A stretch of DNA of 64,000 bases from Selaginella moellendorffii (Eukaryota > Plantae > Lycopodiophyta), in contig NW_003314346.1 of NCBI RefSeq assembly GCF_000143415.4, positions 588,936 to 652,935 of the forward strand, read 5' to 3'. Positions 46,490 through 59,278 of the stretch are shown one piece after another. Position 1 is the first letter of the stretch. Each line of letters opens with the position of its first letter. The notes below the pieces were generated by a model that did not search any database, had not been told where the DNA came from, and was given only the letters and a program-made list of their open reading frames with translations. A program made the position numbers and the translations under genes.

Positions 46490-49166
46490 TATTCAGAAGT
46501 CGCGGAGTCCTTGGGCATGTGAACCTCATCTTGTGACGAAGCCTGATGGGAGTATTCGTTTCTGCATCGACTATCGTCCGTTAAATGAAGTGACGATCCC
46601 GGACGTGTACACTCTTCCTCACACTGCTGATCTCTTGGATCGTCTGGGGCGAAGTCGTTGGTTCACCAAGCTAGATCTTGCTTCTGGGTATTGGCAAGTA
46701 CCGATGGCTGAAGACGATATTCCTAAGACTGCTTTTCGTACACCATTTGGTTTGTACGAGTTTTTGGTGATGCCGTTTGGTTTGAACAATGCTCCAGCAA
46801 CTTTTCAGCGAATGATGGATGAGGTTCTTTGCGATATGCCGGAGGTGACAGCTGACTTCATTGATGATGTCTTGATCCACTCGGAGGGGACGTGGGAGGA
46901 GCATGTTCGTGATGTTTGTAAAGTGTTGGATCGGCTACGCGACGTTGGTTTAAAGCTGAAGCGGTCGAAGTGCGTGTTTGGGTCCAAGGACACAACTTAT
47001 CTTGGGTACCGTATTTCTCGTGAGGGTTTGCAAGTTGATCCTGACAAACTTGTGGCTGTTCTAAAGTTCCCTACTCCGAAGTGTGTGAATGATGTGCAGC
47101 GTTTTTTGGGTAAGGTGCAGTATCTCGGTCGTTTTGTGGATCATCTTTCCGATCGCACTTTACCATTGAGAGCGTTGCTGAAGTCATCAACGTCATCTTT
47201 CATCTGGTCTCCCGATTGTGAGCGGGCATTCGTGAATCTCAAAGAGCTATTGACGACTCCTCCGGTTTTGGCATATCCTGACTACACTCGACCTTTTATT
47301 TTGCGCGTGGATGCTTCTGACATTGGTCTTGGAGGTGTGTTGATGCAAGAGAGCTCGAGTGTGCCTGGTCAGCGCCATCCCATTGCATACATAAGCCGTA
47401 CATTACAACCAGCGGAGATGAACTACTCCACAACGGAGAAGGAGTGTTTAGCAGCAGTCTGGGGTTTCGAGAAACTTCATGCCTATCTACATGGTTCTCG
47501 GACGTTACTTGAAGGTGACCATGCTGCTGTTACTTCATTATTGAAGCGGAAGAACCTGGTTGGTCGTACGGCTCGATGGGCTTTGAAGCTTCAGATATAT
47601 GATTTCGATGTTGTTCATCGCCCAGGGAGTTCTATGGCTGATGCTGATGCCCTTTCTCGAGCTCCTCTTCCTTCTCCACTCACTTCTCATGTTTCTGACG
47701 AACCTGTTGTTCCAGCATCTGTGGATTTTCTAGATGAGGATTCTGTGCCGTCGGCGGTTGCTGTCCTTGACGTTCAGTGTCCACAGGGCGTAGAGCAAAA
47801 TCTACCTTCTCTGGATGAGGTTCGCGAGGCTCAAAAGATTGAGCCGTGGATTCGAAGGCTTCGAGATGGGTTTGAGAATCCTGCATCACTTGCTGATGAC
47901 TTGCCTTTTCGGCATTTACATTTTCAATATCGCCTTGAAGATGGCCTTCTTTATTTTGTGGGGACGGATCCTAATGCTCATTTACGGCTGGTGGTGCCTT
48001 CGGTGTTTATTCCGCGGTTTCTCCATGCCTACCATGATTCTCCTATTCTAGGTGGGCATATGGGACACCGTCGTGTCACCGAGAAGTTGCGCAGATCTTT
48101 CTATTGGCCAGAGATGCGACGTGATATTATCCGTTATGTGCGTAGCTGCGTTTGGTGCCAAGCTCGTAATACTCCCCCTTGTGCTGCGGAAGGACGGTTG
48201 GAGTCAATTGCAGTTTCTCGTCCGTTTGAGTTGGTGGCGTTTGATCTTATGGGACCTTTTCCGCGATCGACTGCTGGTAATGAGTATGTTATTATTGCTT
48301 CTGACTACTTGACTCATTGGGTGGAAGTTGGTGCTCTTGCTAGTGCCTCTGCAACTGCTGTTGGATACTTCCTCCTCAATCGAGTGGTGTTCCAGCATTC
48401 TTGTCCAGAATGGATTCTTTCGGATAATGGTCCTGCATTTATGGCTGAGGTATTTCATGTTTTGACATCTCGGTTGGGGATACGCCACACTTTTACGAGT
48501 GCTTATCATCCACAATCAGACGGTCTGGTGGAACGGCTCGTTCGAACATTCAAAGGGATGATTGCGAAGTATGTGAACTTTCAACATTCAGATTGGGATG
48601 GTTATTTGCCGTCTCTTCGGTATGCTTATGTCACAGGGGTGCAGAGTTCTGTTGGTGCTTCACCATATAAACTTCTATATGGTCATGATCCAATATTACC
48701 AACAGAGCTAGGTTTACCTTCGCGATTGCCACGAGCTCCTGATGCTAGGTCATGGGATCAATATTTGACAAGCATTCTTCCACTTGTCCGCGCAGAGTCT
48801 GCTGAACACTTAGGCCGCGTATAAGTGGGACAACAACGGCGCTACAATTCCCATCATCGTCCACCAGCGGAGTACAAAGTGGATGATTTGGTGTTAGTCC
48901 GTTTTCCCCATCTTACGGTACGTGGTTTATCTAAGGGGCTCCTTGCGCAGTGGAAAGGACCGTATCGGGTGTTGCGGCAAGTTGGACCACAAGTTTATGA
49001 GGTTCGGCATGACGTTCAGCAGGCTGATCCTCCGGAGATTGTGCATGTGCATCGGTTAAAACGCTTCATACAGAGGGATCAGGAGCAGTTAATACCGTCT
49101 ACAGATCCACCGATGCCTCCTCCTGACGTTCCTCCAGATCCCGGCCCATCTACAAGAGAACCCTGA
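46486..49166 (+). pseudogene. Pol (RT, RNase H, integrase) of the host gypsy element, one in-frame TAA at 48822, no chromodomain seen
   Basis: 'RFCIDYRPLN', 'LDLASGYWQ', '[13 protein letters not shown]', 'FIDD', 'VDASDIGLG', HHCC 'HDSP..GHMG..CVWC', 'SDNG', 'GLVER', 'KGPY'. Confidence 0.92.
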
Positions 49167-50537
49167 CGGCCTTCCATTATTCCGAGAGGAGGGGATGATG
49201 TGAGGGCCAAGTGTACGGCTACGATGCCGTATACTAATATTAGCGTAGTGGATTTTGGTAGCCGTCGGATTGGTTTCAATCCGGACCACTCGCTCCTGTA
49301 TATAAGCTAGGGTTTTTGGGTTAATTGATATGCACATTTCTGTATTCCCTTTCCATATTCCATGCACTCACAATATTATATTTATAGTTTATAAATATAT
49401 TATGATATCTTTATATTTACTAAGAAAGTATATTCATCACTATTGGCAATGACATAAATCGAAATTTAAACTCAAGACCTACTATATACATATATGGGAT
49501 TATCATGAATTTATAATAAAATTAAGTTTCTAGATTAGGGGCTAGACCCTTTATTTTTTCTATTATACACATATATGGAATTATCACGAATTTATACTAA
49601 AATTAAGTTTCTATATTAGCTAGAGGTTGGATCAGAGCCTTTGTAAAAATAAAGTTTTGATAACTTTGTATTAGAGTGTTTAACATAAGTTTATCTTTTC
49701 TTTTCCATTTTTAATATCTTATTAATAGTTTAATCATCTCCCTTTCTCTCAATGGCAATTTTTTAACAGTTTAAACATTTTGAAATCAATGATTTTCTCA
49801 AATTTGCTTTAGTTAAATCAAAATGTTTTCTAGAAGTTATACTAAGCATTAGGTGCAATCCAATATTATACTTATTTTGCAGCTCTGCCAAATTATCAAT
49901 ACCAATTGATTTAAAACCAACATTTGATATGCCAATAAAGTTTGATGGCACATGGTCTAAATTTTATAATTTTAGTCAAATTTCAAAGTTCCATGCAACG
50001 TAATTGATATTCCATACCATAAAATCATTTTTTATTTTCTATTAGTTTAATATTTTATTAATATTTTCATTGTTTTGACATAGAATTATTCAAATAGTTC
50101 ATTGTGAAGTATAAATTTAGAACTCTCACCAAATTTCATATGATTATCGAAAAATATTATTTATCTTTATGTCTAAATGAATACTTATCTGGCTTCATAT
50201 CAACTTATTTTCTAGCAAAAGCTTTTAGAATTATTAATTGAATCACACATTATTCAATTAGATTAATAAATAATACTAAATATGAATAGCACTAGATACA
50301 TTTATAAATCAATTATATGTTATAAATACAGTTTAGGATCTTTTTGTTCCTCCATTTACAATCATAATAAATTCTGTAAAAATATAAATAAAAAAGTAAA
50401 AAGATAGATTACTCACAGTTCATTCAGAACTTTCCTAGCCATCCCTTGACAATATCAAATAAATTCAAATAGCTTATTTACCTCTCTCTTTATTGTCAAT
50501 GTCCCTTTTAGGAGTACAAAAGATTATTTTCTTACCA

Positions 50538-53019
50538 TCAAGCCGTGAGGACCTTCTCCTTGTCCTTGCTGCTTTGCTTGGACAAGGCGGTGGTACACTG
50601 CGCCATAACTTTGGAAGCTCTGGAGATGGAGTCCGTCATGTAGAAGTTGTCAATGGACCTGGCAAACGGCTTGAGCTGGATTTCCGTCTTGGTTTCGGGA
50701 AGAATGTCTCGCGGCCACATCACCGGCGCCTGGAGCTCGTCCACTCGGAAGAGATTTGGCGACACTGCCAACATCCGAGCTCGCAAGCTGCTGATGGTAT
50801 CGTAAGGTAGCGCGGAGCCGGCTACCTCGGATAGAGCTCTGATGATCTTCCAGTCGTCGCGAGATTCCCCGACTGTTGGAACCGCTGGAATCGTCTGCTG
50901 AGTTCTCCCTTCCGTGTTGACGTAAGTCGATTCCTTCTCGCTGTAAGCGCAGCCAGGGAGTACAACGTCGGCTCGGTAGACGCTGCGATCACCATGGTGC
51001 CCCTGATAAACCACGAAACAATCCTTCGGGATCTCTGCCATGTCGACTTCGTCCGCGTCGAGGAGATACAAGAACTTGATCCCCTTGAGGCTGCCTTTGG
51101 ACTTCGGTACCAGTCCCAAGTCGAGTGCTGCTGCGTGGCTGGCGCTGAGAAGGAGTACGTTGAAGCCATTCCACCCTTCCTTGACGATGTTTCCATTGGC
51201 TGCTATTGTTTCCACCGCGGCCATGATACCATCTCGGTCCGGACGCTCGAAAATCCCTGCGCCGACTATGATTGCCGGCCTCTGAGCTCCTGCTAGAGCC
51301 GTGCAGAAGCGGTGGCGGCCCTCGGCAATCTGGAGGAGTGTCTCCGGTCCAGTTCCAAGGTTCTCGTGCTCGTATGCTAGATCGGTAGGCGGGCCTATGA
51401 CGCCAACTTTGGCTCGTAAGTTTCTCACAGCCTTTCTGATTCGCAAGTTCAGTAATGGTGCCTCGGTTCGCACCTGAGTAGAAACACAAAAAAGTTCTTC
51501 AGAACTTCAAAAACTGGAGAGCAAATCAAAGCAAAACGAAGCCTTACCTGTGTTCCAACAAGGAGAATAACGTCCGCATTCTCCACTCCAGCAATAGTGC
51601 TGTTAAGAAGATACCGCGACCTCAAATCAGCTTGCGTATTCACGCTGTCACCCTCGCACCACAGGTTCTCGCATCCCAGTTTGTTGAAAAAATCCTTCAT
51701 AGCAAGCATCGACTCGGCATCCGCCAGCTTTCCAGCAATAGCTGCCATCTCCTCCGGCTTGGTGTGCTTCAATGCCTCGGCAGCGGCCCTGAAAGCAAGC
51801 TGCCACAGAACGGGTTCCAAGTTCCCATTTTCACCACGCAGCATTGGCTCGTTGAGACGCTGGCGTTTTAAACCATCGTAACAAAACCGAGCCTTGTCCG
51901 ATATCCATTCCTCATTCACATCCTGTCAAAGTAGCACGTTCAACAAAAAAGCATAGCTTTTGCTGGGGTTTACCTCATTAAGACGAGGAACTATACGCAT
52001 AACTTCAGCACCACGGCTCTCAATTCGGATATTGCAGCCTATCGCGTCGCTCACGTCGATTGTCTCGGTCCCTTTGAGCTCCCAGTTCCTTGCAGTAAAG
52101 GCAAATGGTCTTGACGTAAGTGCTCCAACGGGGCACACGTCAATGACATTCCCTGAGAGCTCGCTTGTCATCAACCGCTCCACGTACGTTCCAATCTCCT
52201 CACTTCCACCGCGACCAAGAACTCCAAGGTCGGGAACGCCAGCAACTTCGTTTGAGAACCTGACGCACCTGTTGCACCAATACCAGTTTTCGAAACCGCT
52301 TCATAGATGAAAGGAGATGGTTACCTTGTGCAGTGAATGCAGCGGGTCATCACCGTTTTGACTAGAGGTCCCAAGTTTTTATCCACCACGGAGCGCTTCA
52401 TGTCGGTGAAACGACCACGATCGGAACCAAAAACCATGGATTGATCCTGCAGGTCACACTCCCCTCCTTGATCGCAAATGGGGCAGTCGAGCGGGTGATT
52501 GAGGAGTAGAAACTCCATAACCCCCTCCCGTGCTTTCTTCACCATTTGTGTCGTAGTCTTGATTTTCATCCCTTCAAACATGTAAGAGTTAGAGTAGATC
52601 CTTTTTCTGAAAACAAAAAAGGTACCTGGTAGAGCTGGCATGGCGCACGACGCAACTGGCTTCGGAGTTTTCTCCACTTCCACGAGACACATCCGACAGT
52701 TCCCAGCGATGGAAAGGCGGGGGTGATAACAAAACCTGGGAATCTCGATCCCAGCCGCCTCGCAAGCTTGAAGAACAGTCATACCTTTCTGGACCTGGAT
52801 TGACAAACCGTCCACGGAGACTTCAATGGTATCTTCCGGCTTCGGCATCTCGACTCGCAAGCCTCGAGCCACAGCAGCAGCGGTCTGATGGACCTGGCGA
52901 AGTCTAAAGTTGCGACAAGCTGCGTCGACCATGGCATCATTGTCGGCAGCTTGAAAAACTCCCAACTTCCGTCGCTGGTGCTTGAGCAATCGAAACAACA
53001 AAGAAGTCTGCCTCGCCAT
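50538..53019 (-). CDS. NDUFS1: NADH:ubiquinone oxidoreductase 75 kDa Fe-S subunit, mitochondrial, multi-exon
   Basis: '[25 protein letters not shown]', '[19 protein letters not shown]', 'RCIHCTRC', '[17 protein letters not shown]', '[18 protein letters not shown]'. Confidence 0.97.
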
Positions 53020-53531
53020 AGCTATAGCGAGTAAGTTGTGGAATAAAATAATTCTCTCCCTAGGCCCTGAAAGGGAAGAAGGCAAGGAGTAAGTAAAACC
53101 ATCCCTTTAAAGGAAACTCTCACAGCTCTCTCGGAAATCTCTAGCAAATCTGGAATAAAGATGCGTAGCGAGGCACGAATGCAGCACCGATTACACAAGA
53201 GAAACACTCAAATCTTATGGCGGGATCCAAGACCTAGGACGAATCAAACTCACGCCCTACTTCGAATCTCTTGGACGAGCTCTCGGCCGGGGGAATGGAA
53301 TGCTTACCGCGAGGAAGCCGATATCAGCTCCAGGAACTCCAGCGCCATCGTCCGCCCATCGCGAATCAGCGTAAGCCCCAAAATGGAGCTCTGCCACGTG
53401 TACGGCTGAGAACAAAAGGAGAGGAAATATATGCTCGTGATTCGAACCCGAGATCTATCTCTCTTTTCTTCCTTTAGGGTTTAGGCGCGAGCGAAGTATT
53501 TTGGAAGCGATGCAGCAAGAACGATCGAGCG

Positions 53532-55586
53532 ATGTCCGCGAAGATCAGTGGGGCTATCCGGTGCGCACTAGCTCCGACCAGTGTATCAGCAATCTCAACA
53601 GCTACTACCAGCAGGTTTGGCGGAATCGAGTCTCTGCCATCGATTTTCTTCTTGTTTTTGATTGCTCTAGGTGCTGAGCTATGGATGGAATTGCAAGGTG
53701 ATCCTCCAGGCTGCTGACGACGACGAGGATTGCGCCTTGGCAAATGCTCTGGCTGCGGGGCTTGCCGATCCCTCTGATGCTCTGCGATATTCCGAGCGCT
53801 CCAAAAGAAATGCTGTCAGTGTAACACTTCCTCTTCCTCTTTTCCTCTAAAGTCTTTCATTCCAGGACAGAGCCACACAGTATGAGCGTTCAGTGATGGA
53901 AGCTCTAGACGCAATCGCTGAAGGTTCTTATGACAAGGCCCTTTCCTCCCAATCAAAGGTCAAAACCTTTACTTTTTCTTCTCGTGAATCGCTAAAGCTC
54001 TTTCTTTCACTGTTACAGGTGCTAGAAAATTTCCCCAAGGATTTAGCATCACTCAAACGTGCACAAGGTATGGCTTTCTCGAGGGGAAAGTCTCACTTGA
54101 TGCTCAAATTTGCCTCTCAGGTAAGTTCACCGCCTTTTGTCTAAACGCATGTCTTCGTTCTTTTTAGGATCGCTCTCGATGCAGGTCTTGCACGTAAACA
54201 GGGATCGGGCGTACATGTATGGAATGCTGGCGTTTTCGCTGGTCGAGAACGATAGAACTGACGAAGCGGAAGTTGCTGCAAGGAGAGCTCTGTCCATCGA
54301 GAAGCACGACGTTTGGGCCCAGCATGCGGTGCGCTCTATGCCGTGAAGGCACGGCTACCATCTGTTTTGCATTCTTGTCGTTAACACACAAACTTTTGCT
54401 GCAGTTGTGCCACGTCTTTCAGGAGCGCCAGCAATACAAGGACGCCATTATGTTCATGGAGAGCAACTCGGAATCTTGGGAGAGATGCGGCTCATTCCTG
54501 TAATGTTCGCCACCGTTGTGAACTTAGTGCTGTGATTACGAACTTACTCCTGGTTTCTGTTTCTTTCTTTTGCAGGTATAGTCATAACTGGTGGCATTTA
54601 GCGCTTTGTCATCTAGAGGGTGATGATAATGGGAATGCAGCTGGGAACGCGCTACGGATATTTGACACACGTATATGGGGAGACCGCGAAAGAGCTGAAA
54701 AGGATACATTTGCGGTAAGCTCTCTTTACAACTCTGGAAGAAAAATCCAACACAAAGTAAACAATACTGTACAGGTGGGCCTGAACGCGTTGGGACTTTT
54801 GCTGTCTCTTCAAGTGAAAGGATTTGGAGAGTACGTCGGCGAACGAGTGAGTCACATCGCGAAGCTCTTTGTGGACGAGGTACGTTGGCTGGCGGTCATC
54901 TTCAAACTTATACTTTCTGTGTTTAGTCAACATGGCACAAGGAGTGGCTACTTGATCTCCTGGTCCTTTGGTCACTGGCTCGAAGCTCTTTCATTGCAGA
55001 GGCCAGACAGTTACTGTCATCTCTGCATAAACGGTGAGAATTTTTTGTCAAAGTGATCGGACTCTGATTCTCACACATTCCCAGAGCACATATGATCGGT
55101 TCTACAGAGGAGATTCACCAAATGATAGTCTCGGTAATCAATGCTGGTTTAGTTTGCGTTTCTGTGCTCTAAGTTGCGGACGTTGTTTTCGACGTGTCAG
55201 CTTGCTTCAGCACTGTACGAGTATGGCTCCGGCAACGAAAGTGCGGTCTCTTCACTCTTGGGATCAAAATTTAGTGCTCGGGAGCTCAAGGTTTGTCTGT
55301 GTATTTATTGTGCTTGAGTTACACATACTTTGTCTTTTCGGTGGCTCTCTCAGGTGATTGGAGCTTCGAATGAGCAGATGAGAGTGTTTGGGCACCTGTG
55401 GGCAACAGCAAGCGGTCTCATATCTGTTGGGATCAGGTAGTATGGAAAACTTTGTTATATACAGGCTTGTTGTGTAATAATAGATTGCTCAACTCGAGCA
55501 TACACAAACGTGTGAACCTTGGATCCAGCCTCGAGCTTGTTATTACGAAGTTACAGGAAAAAGATCTTAATAAAAGTTTCAACTAA
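53532..55586 (+). CDS. TTC38: Tetratricopeptide repeat protein 38-like, multi-exon (3' end uncertain)
   Basis: 'YMYGMLAFSLVE', 'HDVWAQHA/LCHV', 'YSHNWWHLAL', 'IGASNEQ'; short introns. Confidence 0.8.
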
Positions 55587-55708
55587 TTAGTATAACCTTA
55601 ATAAGCGTTGTCAATCCTACTACATTTAAGGTTGGATGAATTTGACAAGTGAGATGAAATTGCAGTATAACCACAAAGACTAGCAGAACATCCAATCATA
55701 AGTTGACA

Positions 55709-55875
55709 TGTCACTTTTATGTTCATCACAATCCTATATATAGATTATGAAGATTTCAAATGAGGATCATCACTTTTATGTTCATCACAATCATATATAT
55801 AGATTATGAAGATTTCAAAGGAGGATCACGTCACTTTTATGTTCATCACAATTCTATATATAGATTATGAAGATA
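55709..55875. repeat. ~60-bp tandem repeat x3
   Basis: tcacttttatgttcatcacaat..tatatatagattatgaagat repeated at ~55711, ~55770 and ~55831. Confidence 0.9.
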
Positions 55876-56514
55876 GATGATAAAGTTTATATAAAAACTT
55901 TTACAAGTTAGACTTAGAAAAAACCACTTCCAGCTTGAGTTTTTCTAGCACTTCAAAGTAAAGTTAATCCTAAATATAGATTAATTACTGGACTAACACT
56001 TCTATACAGAGTTTTTAACATAGATGGTAATCAAAATGCTTGGCCCATATGATTAGCATAAGGAGATAATACATCAAGCTACTAATTATGGATTTAAAAG
56101 GAGATTTAGAATTGGCATTAGTATGGTGAAATAACATTATACTCTATTTACTTCTATTTTGTGTGTTAGTCTTGGTGTTGGGATGTTGATTAATGTAAAC
56201 CTATTCCCATGTCATTTTAAATTTTTATCTGTATATTTTTGGGGTTGTATATTTGAGAGTTATTCTGTGCTTTAGTTCCTTCACTCCTTAATTAAATGCT
56301 TAGGAGTTTGGTTTTATCCTTCTTTCTAAAGTCCTTAAACCTTGAAGTTTGGATTTCACTTTGCTATCTTTAAACACATAACCAAAGGTTCATATTCCAT
56401 TCTATGGTTAATTTGTGATAAATCACTATAGATAAAGGGTAAAAACCACATTTGTTACAATGCTTCTCTCTCTGTGATGAGTTGAATCTTCAAGCAATGA
56501 TTAAAGGCCTGTCA

Positions 56515-56960
56515 AATTGCTTCAGCATTGTACAAGTATGGCTCCAGCAACGAAAGTGTGGTCTCTTCACTCTTGGGATCAAAATTTAGTGCTCAGGAGC
56601 TCAAGGTTTGTCTGTGGATTTATTGTGCTTGAGTTACGCATACTTTGTCTTTTCGGTGGCTCTCTCAAGTGATTGGAGCCTCGAATGAGCAGATGAGAGT
56701 GTTTGGGCACTTGTGGGTAACAGCAAGCAGTCTCATATCTGCTGGGATTAGGTAGTATGGAAAAATTTGTTATGTACAAACTTGTTGTGTAATAATAGAT
56801 TGCTGAATTCGAGAGCCATACACAAATGTGTAAACCTTGGATCCAGCCTCCAGGTGAGAGATTGTGTACTTCCATGGGGAAGCCTGTTATTATGAAGTTA
56901 CAGGAAAAAGATCTTAATAAATGTTTAAATTTCAGGTTGGATGAATTTGACCAGTGAAAT
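56515..56960 (+). pseudogene. Partial duplicate of TTC38-like 3' exons
   Basis: Closely matches 55200-55660. Confidence 0.85.
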
Positions 56961-59278
56961 AATCAAGTTTTATGTTGAGAAGCAGTTGAAGGGTATCATC
57001 ACAAAGACTACTGATTTAAAAGGAGATTTGGAATGGTAGATTCAAAGGTGAAAGAATGATTAGAACATTATCTTAAAAATTGTCAACAGCAAAAATTAGA
57101 GTTACAAATGAACACAGATAAATATGTTTAGCTTCCTTCAAAAGGTTGGGGTTAAAGACAAATTCAAGATTGGATGCTTTTTTGATAAGGTGGTCTTTAC
57201 AGATATGGTGCTTAACTTTCGGAAAATAAAATTTGGATCTGTTTTTGTGGAAATAGATGGATTCACACAAGCTTTCCAACAGCTTAAGTCCCACAAACTG
57301 AGAAGATGATGAGGATCTTATTTTTGCAAAAAAACTTTTTAGCATTCTAAATTGTTGGAAAGGAATAGGGCAGTTTGGTGGAACTTTGCAATTAGGAGTT
57401 GCTTGGTATATAATTGAAAAAGTAGGCATTTGGGTCATATAGGAAGACTTGCAAAAAATAGTTGAGATACTTAAGAAATTTAGCTTTTGTTCTTAGTTGT
57501 TCACTCTTCCTCTAATTTCTGCTTTTAACAAATCAATGCCTTCCTACTTTCCTACTGACCTCAAGAATGTATAACTTAACCTACTTCAGTACAAATGGCA
57601 TTTAAAAGGTTAGATGAATCAAAAGGCTGCCTAAATTTAGAGGTGTTAAATTGTGAGTATGAGGTATTTGAAAATTATAGACAAGAATGTATGATAAAGG
57701 TAAGTATTTATAATTATTCTGAGAGGTTATAATATTTTAAATATAGATAATGAACTTACCTCTGCAGCAAATGAAGTATTTGAAAAAAGAAAAAAGAAAG
57801 AAGAGCACATAATAAAAGTAAGTATTTCTTATAATTATCATACAAGGTTATAATAAATTTTAACAGATCATGAGCTTAACTTTGCAGCAAATGATGTATT
57901 TGAAAAATGAAAAAAAGAGCATATGATAAAAGTAAGTATATCTTATAATTATTAGGTTATAATATATTTTAACAGATCATGAGATTATCTCTACAACATA
58001 TGAGTACAAAATACAAAATAGAGTACATGATAAATATAAGTACTTTTATAATTATTATGAGAGGTTTATAAACTTCTTTAGGTAAAGATTATTATAAGTT
58101 CACCTCTTCATATAATTTAAGCCCTGATAGCAATAAAGAAAATAATAGTGATAACGAGAGAAGTAAAAAATATAATTATAAGTAACTATATAGTATCTTT
58201 ATTAATAATAATTTTTAGGTGACAAATATAACACTTCAAAAATGAAATATCTAATGATGATGAAGGAGAATATAATTTATTTATAATAAATCATATAAAT
58301 TTATCATTTATTTATTTAAAAAATAGTAATTCAAAAGATATTTCTCATAATTAAGATGAAGATGGAAATGCATATATCTAATTAAATAATTATAAGTATT
58401 GTATTTATTTAAGATTTTTAAGTGATAAACATACCACTTCAAATAATATAATCTCACATAATGATGAAAATAAATAATTAAGTAATTAATTTATCTAAAA
58501 ATGTTTATATAATAATACTATTTACCTATATTTTACTTGAAAGGATGATAATAATAAGGTTATAGGTACATAATAAAAGAATAATTATTTAAATATCGTT
58601 TAATAAACACTTTATTATAAATTATCCAATAATAAAACAAAATATAACAAAATGAATCTTTAATGTTTTAAAGAAATAAAGAATGAAAATAATTTTGGTT
58701 AGTTTTTTACTAACTAGAATTATCTTTTGAATATAACTATTATTATTCTTCTTTATATTTATGTTTAAGTTACAAATTAATTATTCAACTATTATCTTTT
58801 GATTGGTTTAAAACTTGGCATAAATCACAGTAACATTTAAAAGAAGGTTTTTAAATTATGGAGAAAAATATTTTCATAGTAAACTTTTCTAATATCCTTC
58901 TTAGGGGTCTCCAAAATAATATCAATATTATTTATAGCTGTATTGTAACAATAAATTATAGTAGATTATGTGATTGTTAATTAAGGATAAAGATGCAAAA
59001 GATTTTATACTTAAATTATAAATATAACCTTCAAAACTGTATATATAAAAGAAGTGATGTATGGTACATCACATATATACTGCAAATCCACTTATTTTAT
59101 AAGATATAAAACATCTTTACGAAAGGATACTACATAAAAAAAACTGGTTTTTTAAGATAGTGAAGCTAAAAACTATAAATCCATAAAATATTATTAATTA
59201 TTAAAATTAATATTATTCTTAAGAATATTCTAAAATAAAATATTGTTTTGAGATTATGGATTTTTCTAAATTAATGAA

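Larger units (their letters stand above)
37761..49372 (+). mobile_element. Ty3/gypsy LTR retrotransposon, interrupted by a nested element
   Basis: LTRs 37761-37934 and 49199-49372 (174 bp, TG...CA, 1 mismatch). PBS TGGTGGAGATGAGGGG at 37936. PPT gagaggaggggatga at 49184-49198. ATAT TSD. Order gag-PR-RT-RH-IN. Confidence 0.95.
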
